DNA of 20,000 nucleotides from Hydrurus foetidus (GCA_900617105.1 UYFQ01000138.1:59029-79028), one strand, 5' to 3'; numbered from the stretch's first letter, positions 1-10,663 are shown. The notes: generated by a model not told the origin, from the sequence alone. Made by a program: numbers and translations.

Positions 1-282
1 TAATTTCGATGATAAGTATGTGAAGAGAGGATACGGACGAAAGCGGTTTACTAATTATCAAGAATTAACAAATCCTCAGTATGTGTATTTTTTATCGTCA
101 GATTCAAAATTAAATGCGAAGTAAAATATATACCCGTTATATATGGCGAAATCAGTAGACTAAATATGAAAAATATTTATTATTGAAGTAAAACTAATCA
201 AAATGAAATAGCCCCATAAAAAATATTCGTAATATCATCATGGGATGAGACACAGCTGCACAGAGGTGTAGAATAATTTGTG

Positions 283-410
283 TACTATTATTGTAATGGC
301 AAACTTGGGAATGGAGTGAAAAGAGGTAGAGAAAGAGAAGAAATGGAGGAGTTTGTGAGTGGTGAGAAAAATGATTTATATACTATTATTGTAATGGCAA
401 ACTTGGGAAT
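283..410. repeat. Exact 30-bp direct repeat (2 copies) in a diverged ~98-bp tandem duplication
   Basis: TACTATTATTGTAATGGCAAACTTGGGAAT occurs at 283-312 and 381-410. Both copies are followed by loosely similar purine-rich sequence containing gagaaagag. Confidence 0.9.
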
Positions 411-793
411 AGGATATGAGTACGAGAAAGAGGAGAAGATAGTGGGTGGAGAGATGTGGCATTGTATTAGAAGTTAGAGTGGAAGGAATATGACTGACAC
501 CTATTCTATTCCATTACGCATTTGCAACGGACTACATGGAAAGATAAGGCAACAGAAGAAGATGGAAAATTGGGCAGCAGTTGTTGATGTGGTTGGCATA
601 TAGGAAAGCTCTACTTCAAGTTGAAGTTACTTTCAAGGAGGTGTGAGTAATGGAGTAATATAACTAGTTGTTGAAGTTCACAATCACTATGAAGATTGAA
701 AAGTCCGTGATGATTGTTGTGATTGTTGTCAACAGTTTTGGACGGATGTTTGAGGTGATATTTTAGATGGTTGGAAGACAGTATATGCTGAAT

Positions 794-1753
794 TTAGCCG
801 CAAATAGATGCGAGTGGATGTACACGTATACTTTCTTCTATACAGATTTCTTTTTCTTTTTCTTTAGTTTTATCTTCATCTCTTTTCTTTTCTTCTGATC
901 TGGATATTTGACTTAATCCGTGTATATTCAGCACTGCTACACTCAATTTATTTTTAGTATCAAATATATCATCCATTTTGGTTGGTTTTGATTTACCGAA
1001 TAAATCGATTGTGTCGCAATCTCGATTGCAATTAACACAATCCAATTCGGGAATCTCAGGGCTTGCAGATCTTGTTTCGGAATATGATGATGCACTTTTG
1101 CTGTCCAAATATAAGAAGAAATTCTCGTCATCCTCCCCGTATATTTCATTTTCGCGTGGCTGGTACATGATGTCTAATGCCTCTCTTTTAGAGCTAATTT
1201 TCATCTGGATACTCATGCTCATCAGAAAGTCCAGCTCTACAAATGCGGCGTCACGAAACTTTTTGTAGTCATCTAATTGCAATAGACGAGTTAATGAGGA
1301 TGCGTTAGTTTATCCCAACAATAGTTTGACGCTTGGAAAAGATCGAAAGTAATGGGTAAGAAAATTTTGAAGTGATGTCGCTACATTAAATATCAAATAG
1401 AGCTCACCTTCATTCCACCACAGGGACTCGGTGAGATTTGATATTGCGTAGTCTATCCTAGCGGGTATAAGCACCACTCGCAATATTTTATCAAATCGAA
1501 CACCCATCTGTTTTTTAATCCGAGTACTAACATTTTCTTTCAAATTTCCAGTTGTGCCCCATTTGTTGCTCGAGAGAGCTAACTCAATAAGTGAGCTAAC
1601 AGTGGGAGCGGAAAAGGATCGAGCGGGGATTTCCGTTTTGCTGGCTCTGTCCGCGTAGGTAAACTAAGATATCGTTTTTCATTTTGGAAAGCGTCAATAG
1701 AATGTAATCGTAAGAACCGGAGATATCAGAGGTGTTAGAAATGTGGTGTTCAT
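794..1753 (-). CDS. Spliced hypothetical protein (~256 aa) with RVxF-like/PP1-docking-like motif
   Basis: Exons (minus): 1753-1718 (tentative, weak GTTCTT donor), 1663-1408, 1272-794. Intron 1407-1273 (GTGAGC...TTAG, phase 1) joins ORFs 1310..1543 and 794..1282 into GVRFDKILRVVLIPARIDY...SLWWNE/DDYKKFRDAAFVEL. The frame is open upstream to a TAG acceptor at 1664. The first exon and start codon are uncertain. Confidence 0.65.
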
Positions 1754-2999
1754 GATTCAAGATGTAGTAAAGCGAGCTCCTTGTATTGCTGTAAGAAGTA
1801 TCAGATCAATCTGTCCTCGTTCTTGAATGACTGTCAAAATGCAAAACTCTCGATGGACATTTTATTTGTGCCAATTCAAAGTCTAAAGATACAGTGGGAC
1901 AACACACCTCTTTGAACAAAGTGTCGTGTTGCTCTTGTCGTTGCGCATTTCTGATTTGTCTCCTCCATGCTTGTTTTTTCGTTAAAAGGCTTGTTATCAT
2001 GTTGAAGGGGAGCTGTCTAGCGAGCCATCTCCGAGGCGCCGACCCAGTTTTTCTCCATGCATGTAGTAGCGGTTGGTCGCGATTTTAAACAGGTTGAGGA
2101 TACAGTCACCGAGACACGTGTCGTTGCCAAAGCGGATAAGAACAACGGTGGGGAAGGAAAGTAAGAAGATGTCCGTGAGGATCTTCGCTTCGAAATAAAT
2201 CGAAATGCAAAAAGAAGCTCGAGCTCTTGAGATTTGGCTGGGAAATCGAAGTGCGCTCGAAAATACGCGACATAAAAAGTTATAAGTGCGCATGTTGATT
2301 CTGAAGTTCAAGTTGACCAATACTTTAGGGGGTCTATTTGGAGATCGCTCAAGATTTTATATGGGATGAAAGGTTTCCATCTCTTGTCCGTTGAACAACT
2401 TGTGAAAAATGAATAATATGATATTTAGTTTAGTCAAGACAACCAGTGCAATCCATCGCATTTTCTTTCCTTCTGCCAGATTACGAAATGCAATTGTAGC
2501 TACATTTCTTCGTTGTCATTCGTTTCCTCTTCCAAGTCTTGAAGTGTTGCGCATTTATCATTCGCATGACACTCTCACTCTCACAACTCACAATGAACGA
2601 AAAAAAATAGGTGAAAGCAAAATCATTCGCCACTTTCGTATGAGTGAATAATCTCACAGAATGCAGAATGCCGAATTCAAATACGGTAATCATCCGTTGC
2701 CTAAATTATTAGCCCACATATTCGGTCATTGAAGCCAAATTCATAACGCAAACATCAAATCTAACTCACTCATGCTACACTCAATCTAGTTCGCTCACTG
2801 TCAATTAATTAAAATAACCGACTTCAGCAATTTTTTTCAAATCCAAATTGAAGTATGGTTACTTGTACGTGCTATTCTGCTTTCGCGTCAGAGATTAAAT
2901 GTTCTGCTTTGAATATGTCAGATGTTCTTTTGGTTCGTACATACGTGCATCTCTTACTGCGCAGATTAAATGTCTACAGTATTTAATAGTGCTGTAACA

Positions 3000-3042
3000 T
3001 TCCGTATGTCGTTACGAATATTTCGAAATTTCGTATACGGAA
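3000..3042. other. Imperfect 43-bp palindrome/hairpin just downstream of the laminin-domain gene stop
   Basis: TTCCGTA(3000-3006)...TACGGAA(3036-3042), TACGAA...TTCGTA, and a central ATTTCGAAAT palindrome (3020-3029). Confidence 0.7.
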
Positions 3043-3119
3043 GCTTGGGTGATCATGAGTTGTATTTCTCAATACGCTAAAAAACACTTCAGTATAGGTT
3101 GGAAAGAACATCAAGTTTT

Positions 3120-4787
3120 TCAGTTACATGTGCACACACTCCCATCAGGCTCCGACATAGAACACAATGGTAATTGTCCTGAAAATAAAAATGAAGAATA
3201 AGATAAAGATAAATGATTGTTGTGAAATGAAGTATAAAAAAATTTTACCAAGTTAAACGTAATCACCAAACCCTTCCAATGTAATTCGATAATTATGAAT
3301 GCGATCGTAAATTTAAAAAAACAGAAAGCCAGATTTGGGTATTGAATCCGATTTAGAAATCCTGTTTCTGGGATCCCAGAAGATTTAGAAAGGGGGGGGG
3401 GCTCCAGATTTCTTGTCTAAATCCCAGAAATCCCGGATCCTAAATCTGGGTTTCTGCGTTTTTGAATTTACAATCGCACCCAATGTAGATGCAAGTAAAG
3501 GCCTATTTTGATACCTTTTGTATTGACGAATTGTACGTCGTCTAGGGCAACACTTTCATACCAAGTGGTCCAATCTCCCAATATCCGTATAGATGATAAG
3601 CGAGATAACACCTTTGGGGGACATTTGATAATGCGGATTATCGTAGGTTTGAATACCATGTAAGTAGCAAATGAAAAGAGTACTGTTATGAAGGAATTAA
3701 AGCAGTCATATTTATTTGCGTTATAGATTAGTCTATTTTGGTTGAAGAAATATGTGACTGTTTACTATTTAATGAATACATCATATCTTAAAATTTCATA
3801 ATTTTAAAGTCGAATATCTTGTAGACATCAATCAATAACATCAATTTTATCTTAAATATCATCAAATAAAGATTATAATATCAAATCTATGCATTTTCTT
3901 ACTTGTATCATATCACACTGTGTTGGTGTGGTGTAGGGCAAAAGAATATTCTGTGGGTCTTTCTTCCATCCGGAATGTTCCGCGAGTAAAACGGAATATC
4001 TTGTCGGTGTTCCCGTGAAAGAACCTGTAGAAATAACGAAATAATAGAAAACAAAATAAAGTACAGTAAAATGGGGAAAATAAAACACGATTATGTAATG
4101 AGTGGAATATATTAGATGTATGTTCTTATGCGTGAATCAAAATTAATAGAGGTTCCAATAAAATCTGAGGCCTAGGCAGTACAAAAAAATGATTTAGAAT
4201 TCTGCTTCAAAATTCAGACCTCTTCTCCACACACACGCACTCTTTTTCAGCTCATCAAAAATTGAAAACTTAAATAACAATTCTACTGACTTTTTCCTTT
4301 TTTTAGATACCCAGTTTATATTGATGACGTAATATGGAAGAGTAAAAAAGTTGAAACAAATGCAAGAAATCACATGCACATTACCAACACCAATTTCACC
4401 TACTATAATTGTTCATCTTACCGCCACTTAACGCGGAAGCCGGAAAAACTAACCGCAGACCTTGGGTCAACGGTCCGGTACATTGTAGACAAATCAATTC
4501 GACTGCAGGAATCTGAAGAAAGACAGTGAAAATTACAGAGAAGAAAAGAAATTTAAAATTTGAAAAGATAGAGAAAGTGAGAGAAAATGGACGATAGATT
4601 ACATAGGATGAATCAGAAGAGGAGATGGTTGAGGAGTATGCTACGAAGAATGAATGGTCATTATCGATACAGCAATTGGGACGACTACTAATTAACGATA
4701 TCGATTCTTCAGCCCAGAACCCTGACCCTGACACTTACCCCTCCCCCTTACTCCCACACACACTCACATTCACACACACTCTCTCAA

Positions 4788-4818
<31 letters not shown>

Positions 4819-4923
4819 CATACATTCCAACACACTCACATACATACACTCACACACACATACACACACACACACATACATTCCAACACACTACATACAC
4901 ACACATATACATATACACATATT

Positions 4924-4957
<34 letters not shown>

Positions 4958-5158
4958 TACATACACACATGCATTCTAACACACACATTATTCCAACACA
5001 TACATACATTTCTAACACACACATATACATACACTCACACACATACATACACACACACATACACACGCACACACACATACATTCCAACACACTCACATAC
5101 ATACACTCACACACACATACATACATACATACATACACACATACATACATACATACAG

Positions 5159-5226
<68 letters not shown>

Positions 5227-5645
5227 ATCGTGATCCTGTAAACTTAACTAATACTTATATTCTATAAAAGAGTTACTACACATTGTCATACAGCTCTTGT
5301 ATCATGGAGTAATAGCGGAAGAATAAAAAGTGTTAACCATTCATCACTTTAACAGACAAATCATGATGCAATTTGACGGTTCTTTGAGCATGATTTAATT
5401 CATCGTTATTGTCATTATTATTGTGACCATTATCATCATCATCATCATTATCATCATTATCATCGTCATTATCATTATCATTTTTATTATTATCATCATT
5501 ATCATCATCATCATCATCATCATCATCATATCATCATCATCATCATCATCAGTATCATCATCACATCATCATTATCATCATCACTATCACTATCATTATC
5601 ATATCATCATCATCATTATCACACATCATCACTATCACTATCACT

Positions 5646-5681
<36 letters not shown>

Positions 5682-8600
5682 TCTTTCATCATTTTTATCA
5701 TCTATTTCAAAATTCGCTGTACACCATATCATACGTGTACAATTTTAAGCTACGTGAAAATAGTACAAGATTTACATCATTTATATTTTATTAAATTCAC
5801 ACCAACACGTATTGATATTTTTAAATCCCCATTATCTATCATTCAAGAAAAGATTTAACGTTTTACATCATTTTTTTCACATTAATATACTCACATTTTT
5901 TCCGTTTGATTCGCTGAAATTTCCAGAAAAACTTCCTAATGAAAATTTCAATGATCCTTTATACGCTATTCCTTGATTTCCTAAAAATCGTTGAGGTGCT
6001 TGAAAATACCACAAAGATTTATCATGGCCTGTAGACTGGTCTATGTAGAAACAAAAAGAGGGAGGACAAAGAATATTAATTGATCTGAAAATAATATCAA
6101 GTCAAAGAAGCGGAAGAAGGAAAGTGACAAATAAAATCGAAGAGAATTGGATTGATTGTGGAAAGACACAATAGTGCAGTGGATAAAAGACAAGGGTGGC
6201 TAGGACAATGGAACGGACAGATGACGAAGGGAAAGGAAAGCTGGGGGAAGAGGGGAAGAAAACAAAACAAGGATCTAGAAGAGAGGGAGAGAAGAAGAGA
6301 AGAAGAGAAGAAGGAAGGAAGGAAGGAAGGAAGGAAGGAAGGAAGGAAGGAAGGAAGGAAGGAAGGAAGGAAGGAAGGAAGGAAGGAAGGAATGGAAGGA
6401 AGGAAGGAAGAAAGAAGGAAGGAAGGAAGGAAGGAAGGAAGGAAGGAAGGAATGGAAGGAAGGAAGGAAGGAAGGAAGGAAGGAAGGAAGGAAGGAAGGA
6501 AGGAAGGAAGGAAGGAAGGAAGGAAGGAAGGAAGGAAGGAAGGAAGGAAGGAAGGAAGGAAGGAAGGAAGGAAGGAAGGAAGGAAGGAAGGAAGGAAGGA
6601 AGGAAGGAAGGAAGGAAGGAAGGAAGGAAGGAAGGAAGGAAGGAAGGAAGGAAGGAAGGAAGGAAGGAAGGAAGGAAGGAAGGAAGGAAGGAAGGAAGGA
6701 AGGAAGGAAGGAAGGAGGGAGGGAGGGAGGGGAGGAGGGCGGGAGGGAGAGAAGAAGAGAAAAGGAGGGAGAGAAGAGAGAGGAGAAAGGAGAAGGATGT
6801 AGTGAGAGAGTGAGGAAAAGAAAGATGGAGGATAGGATTACATAGCGTGCTATTTCAGTGATCACAGTAACGAACATTGAACATCTAAGGTGCCATATAA
6901 TTGCTAACTGTTTATGCTGTGGGATGTATCATTATCACACCATCTAAAGATACATTATATAACAACATATTATATGACATCACATACAAATGCTTTACAT
7001 GACATCACCTCACATCGCATTATGTTATGTTACATCATCTAACATTACATCGCACCACATCTATTCTCACCACACCACTCCGTAACACACCATAACACAT
7101 TATACCGTATAGTCATGCATGATATACTACAACGACATGCCGCGACAATAAACTTCAATAATCCAAAAGAACACACTTACCAATATCAATTTCATTATCT
7201 GTCCCGTAAATATAATGATTCAACAGTAATCCACGGGAAAAAGACTCAAAAATAGCCGGACTCGGCTTTTTATTTCCGGTTATTTTCCAATCTCCATTAT
7301 TCAGTAAAAAATCTTCACCAACCAAAGAGCCAGATGGGGGGACTACCGTAATCGTTCCGGCCAAAGATTCGGTCAACCCGTTATTTACGGTAAAAGATAT
7401 CGTGCCCCACTGTACAGTATTTGTAGGAAGCGTTGTATGAAAGAAACAATAATAAAGGAATATTGTTTGCCAGCAATATGCAGGTGGCATATAGATTAAA
7501 ATAGAGAAAAGATAATAAAAGTATGACAGATTTGTGAAGTCAAATAAGTTTGTGAGTAATTAAGGCACATATTTCACTGGTGATCTAATTTGATCTAATG
7601 TGATATGATCTGATCTTATTTGATCTTATTTAATGTTACACAAAGACCACCACACAGCAAAACAAACACACGCACAGAGGCTTCTCAAGTCCTATTTCAG
7701 AATTACATTCCGGGAAGAACGTGCATGTGTGCTGATGTCGGTGTCCAGCACCATATTTGATCGACAAAAAAACACGAGCCTTGCTATCGGTCATATGTCA
7801 CAATCTCATCTTAGAATCAGGTAGCAGGCAGTGCTACTGCTGCTGCCACTGCTACAGCTACTGCTACTGGCACATATACTGCTGCTGCTGCCACTGCTAC
7901 AGCTATATCTAATGCTACTGGCACATCTACTGCTGCTGCTGCTGCTGCTGCTGCTGGCACATCCACTGCCACTGCTACAGCTACTGCTACTGGCTCATCT
8001 ACTGCTACTGCTGCCGCCACTGCTACAGCTACAGCTACAGCTAGTAATAATGTAGTGTGTCGACACTTCAGCAGTCTCAAAGCTAATTAATTCTTTGTTG
8101 TCAAATCCAAATTGTACTGAAAAGTCTCAAGTTGTATTGCAGTCCCATGCTGCTTCATCAGAACAGCAATCAATCGAGAACAAGAAGATTTCATGTTCTG
8201 ATTTCCTCAACAGACAAAAAATCTTTCAAATGACATTGCAGTAGGAATCTAACGCTCTAAAAGATAAAATATGAAACGGGTTTATATCAAGAGTAGAGCT
8301 TCCAGTGGGATTTAGCAAAGTGAAATTTATAGATCCTTAGGAACATTCTCAGAATCGGAACGTTCTTGCATACGTCACCGATCAATCATATCCTAAACAA
8401 ACCTCTCTCGAAGAAGATGAGATGCATCGTTTGAATGCTTTGTAATCCAATGATATGTTACAATCGGAAAATCGAAAGGAACAGTATACTGCTTCTTGAT
8501 TAAACTGCCAATATTGATATCGCTACCTGATTGTTGGTCGCGATATCGTATGCTGGTCTCTTGTAGACGATGCGATTATTTGACCCAGTGACTGCTGTCT

Positions 8601-8972
8601 TCTCGAGAGTGATCAGTGTCCCTTGTTTCGGTTCATATCCATAGGTACTGAATACCTGGGAAAGCTGATACAAACTGCCTGACTGTGGAGCTGTCACAAT
8701 GGAGTATTTCAACTGCAAGGCATCATGCAGCAAGAAGTATCGTTAGTTCGGATAACATTGGTGTCAGCAAGCGCGCATCTCAAACCATGAAATATCTGAA
8801 ATCATACATTTTTGACTTTTGAATCGTATCCCCTCAGACGAATGACAATTGAATCGCCGGCATCGACGACGATCAAATCGCTGATGGCCAATGGAGCCTG
8901 AGCAGCAACCTTATTGACGATCACTTTTATCGCAATAAGCAAGAGCACCAGTGTCCCCGGTGTAAGCACCAT
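3120..8972 (-). CDS. Secreted protein: signal peptide + Ig/cadherin-like (Big_9-like) module + laminin IV (laminin B)-like domain, 364 aa, 8 exons
   Basis: Exons (minus): 8972-8808, 8712-8527, 7409-7181, 6040-5895, 4512-4422, 4024-3903, 3611-3515, 3178-3120. All introns are GT-AG and phase-consistent, totalling 1095 nt. Hydrophobic N-terminus MVLTPGTLVLLLIAIKVIVNKVAAQ. Ig-like pattern IRLRGYD..LKYSIVTAPQSGSL...FTVNNG..S..GTITV. Laminin-IV-like motifs WYFQAPQRFLGNQGIAYKGSLKFSL, SGWKK, VLSRLSSIRILG, VALDDV. Cys-rich tail CSMSEPDGSVCTCN. Domain calls come from motif recognition only. Confidence 0.88.
3300..3478. mobile_element. MITE-like element with ~40-bp imperfect terminal inverted repeats, in intron 7 of the laminin-domain gene
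   Basis: Left end TGCGATCGTAAATTTAAAAAAACAGAAAGCCAGATTTGGG versus reverse complement of right end TGCGATTGTAAATTCAAAAACGCAGAAACCCAGATTTAGG. Internal perfect palindrome TTCTGGGATCCCAGAA (3366-3381) and a poly-G run. No coding capacity. Confidence 0.7.
4756..5223. repeat. Compound (CA)n/(CATA)n microsatellite with higher-order TACATTCCAACACAC units (intron 4)
   Basis: Long CA runs interspersed with recurring tacattccaacacactcacatacatacactcacacac blocks (e.g. near 4821 and 5078). Confidence 0.95.
5398..5705. repeat. Degenerate (CAT)n/(TAT)n trinucleotide microsatellite (intron 4)
   Basis: Direct reading; it accounts for the poly-Ile/Ser/His ORF 5423..5794. Confidence 0.95.
6311..6716. repeat. 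(GGAA)n tetranucleotide microsatellite, ~400 bp, inside a larger polypurine tract (intron 3)
   Basis: Nearly pure GGAA with AATGG interruptions at ~6391 and ~6451; purine-rich flanks extend over ~6230-6830. Confidence 0.97.
6930..7105. repeat. Degenerate pentamer repeat (ACATC/ACATT/ACACC)
   Basis: Visible 5-bp periodicity, e.g. acatgacatcacctcacatcgcattatgttatgttacatc. Confidence 0.6.
7580..7632. repeat. Pentamer repeat (TGATC/TTATT)
   Basis: tgatctaatttgatctaatgtgatatgatctgatcttatttgatcttatt. Confidence 0.75.
7833..8045. repeat. GCT/ACT triplet minisatellite with recurring GCCACTGCTACAGCTA and ACTGGCACAT blocks (intron 2)
   Basis: Four copies of gccactgctacagcta, separated by ggc(a/t)cat-containing and (gct)n segments. 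Confidence 0.9.
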
Positions 8973-9206
8973 TCTTCCTCAGACGGGTTTTCTCAGAATT
9001 CTGCACATTCAACCATTTTTAAACGATCGCCATAACAAGTCTGGTGAATGGAAGCGTACGGTTGATGCATGCAACTGTACTGACAGATATTACGGGAGCA
9101 CAGTAGATTTACCAGTCAATCCTCTGTGCTGTTCATAATTTATAATGAGGAGTGTTTCAGTGGAGAGAGGAGAGTGAAGGAGAGACGTCCGTTGCGCAGG
9201 ACAGAA

Positions 9207-9238
9207 TACCGTGTATTTCGATGGGGAAATATACGGTA
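9207..9238. other. 13-bp stem hairpin ~235 bp upstream of the laminin-domain gene start
   Basis: TACCGTGTATTTC(9207-9219)-GATGGG-GAAATATACGGTA(9226-9238), with one G-T pair. Confidence 0.65.
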
Positions 9239-10462
9239 AACGGTAAACCCCCATGAAGCGGTGCTGTTCATCCAGCGTGTTTCAACAGCTTATTCTGCTC
9301 TCAATAACGATGAAACTTTCTTAAATGGTGCGAGTGGCTTCATTTGCATCATACATGGCAATCGCAACGACTGGCGGTGTCTAGTTGGTAGTCTAGGTGA
9401 ATTTGCAAGGTGCTTTAGGTACAAAATGATCGGATCCATATTTTCGAGCCTTCGATCATCAACGAAGAGATTAAAACATTCGCTATCCCACCATTGTTAC
9501 AATACCTTCCGTTATAAATTAGAACTTTACTTCTTCCGCTTGACCACAAAAAAACATTGTAGCCTGATAGCTGCTATGTTTCAGACCATACTCGCAGACA
9601 TCTTAGACTTGTGCAGTAATTATGATAACTGCTTAGATTCCTTATCACGAGATTATTTCTGGAGACTCTTAAAAGTTTATGATATTACTATGGATCTGAG
9701 ACAGAAAATAGTCCGAAAATGTGATATCAATTGATGCTACCATTGCGATACAATGAAATGATAATGAGAAAATTTTGTGCACGGTGTAGCATACATCTCT
9801 CTGATCGTCATCCCTCTACCCCATTCCAGGACTTGACTATAATTTCATCTCTGTACTTGACGCAAGTACTAGGGGCCTACTTTTGTATTGTGTCAAGTAC
9901 TCAGATGAAATGATGGTCAAGTGCATGAACGGGATAGATGAATGATGATTGGATGTACATATTCTAAACTGGTGATGGTATGTATGGTATCTAAATTTGA
10001 TTCATGCATCTCTTAGAAATTGATCCAATACTATTCAAAAAATCTTTTTCAATTCTTTTTGAAACTGTAGATTACCGAATAAGCAGAAACGTAGCGCAAA
10101 CTTCGTCATCACGATAACAGACAGTTCTGACGCACTCAACAGATTATCAACCCTTTGCAATCTTACAGATAGTCAGCTTTAGCAGTATTTGGACATTTCA
10201 GTAAGGAAAAGAAATTTTATTTTGACGTAGGCATTCTCAAACTCAAACTCAAATAATACTCGTGTATGAAGTGTTTGCGATCATGGATGTGATGATGAGG
10301 TACAGCAAGATCTGTACACAGTCATCCTCAAAAGTCTATGTAGTTTGAGCTAACGATTTGCTAGCTGCGAATCAGTAACTTGATAAAGATCACAGTGGGA
10401 GTGAAGTGCGCGGTAACGATCAAGGATCCAGGATCGAAGCGATTGTTCCTTTATGCTTTCAT

Positions 10463-10663
10463 ACTTCAACTATTCACGGCACTTCAACTTATCTGAAATG
10501 CAAAAAAACAATTCAAATTCAACATTTCGCGGTACTTCAACTTTTCTAAAATGCAAAACAGCACTTCAAATTTTCACGACAATTCAATTTGTCTGAAATG
10601 TAAAACAGCACTTCAACTTTTCACAGCACTTCAATTCATCTAAAATGTAAAACAGCACTTCAA
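10463..10663. repeat. ~47-bp-unit minisatellite (about 4 copies) upstream of the S53 peptidase gene
   Basis: Unit ~ACTTCAACTTTTCACAGC-ACTTCAATTCATCTAAAATGTAAAACAGC; each unit carries two A(C/A)TTCAA heptamers. The array ends ~135 bp before the ATG at 10798. Confidence 0.9.

Noticed and set aside
283..410. CRISPR-like repeat-spacer-repeat
   Set aside because: Only two repeats, a 68-bp purine-rich spacer, no cas genes, and a eukaryotic context.
4718..4732. Telomere-like AACCCTGACCCTGA
   Set aside because: Only about two degenerate units; expected by chance beside low-complexity DNA.
4625..5794. His/Thr-, Cys/Val- and Ile/His-rich ORFs
   Set aside because: Translations of intronic (CA)n and (CAT)n microsatellites.
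6152..6877. KEGR-repeat and FLPS-repeat ORFs
   Set aside because: Translations of the intronic (GGAA)n array.
8095..8450. Nested plus-strand gene remnant in intron 2
   Set aside because: Short open stretches broken by stops, with no recognisable homology.
9261..9913. 157-aa and 60-aa plus-strand ORFs
   Set aside because: Non-ATG starts, no recognisable motif and no convincing splice structure; cannot be supported as genes.
10463..10663. CRISPR array
   Set aside because: Units are contiguous diverged tandem copies without unique spacers.
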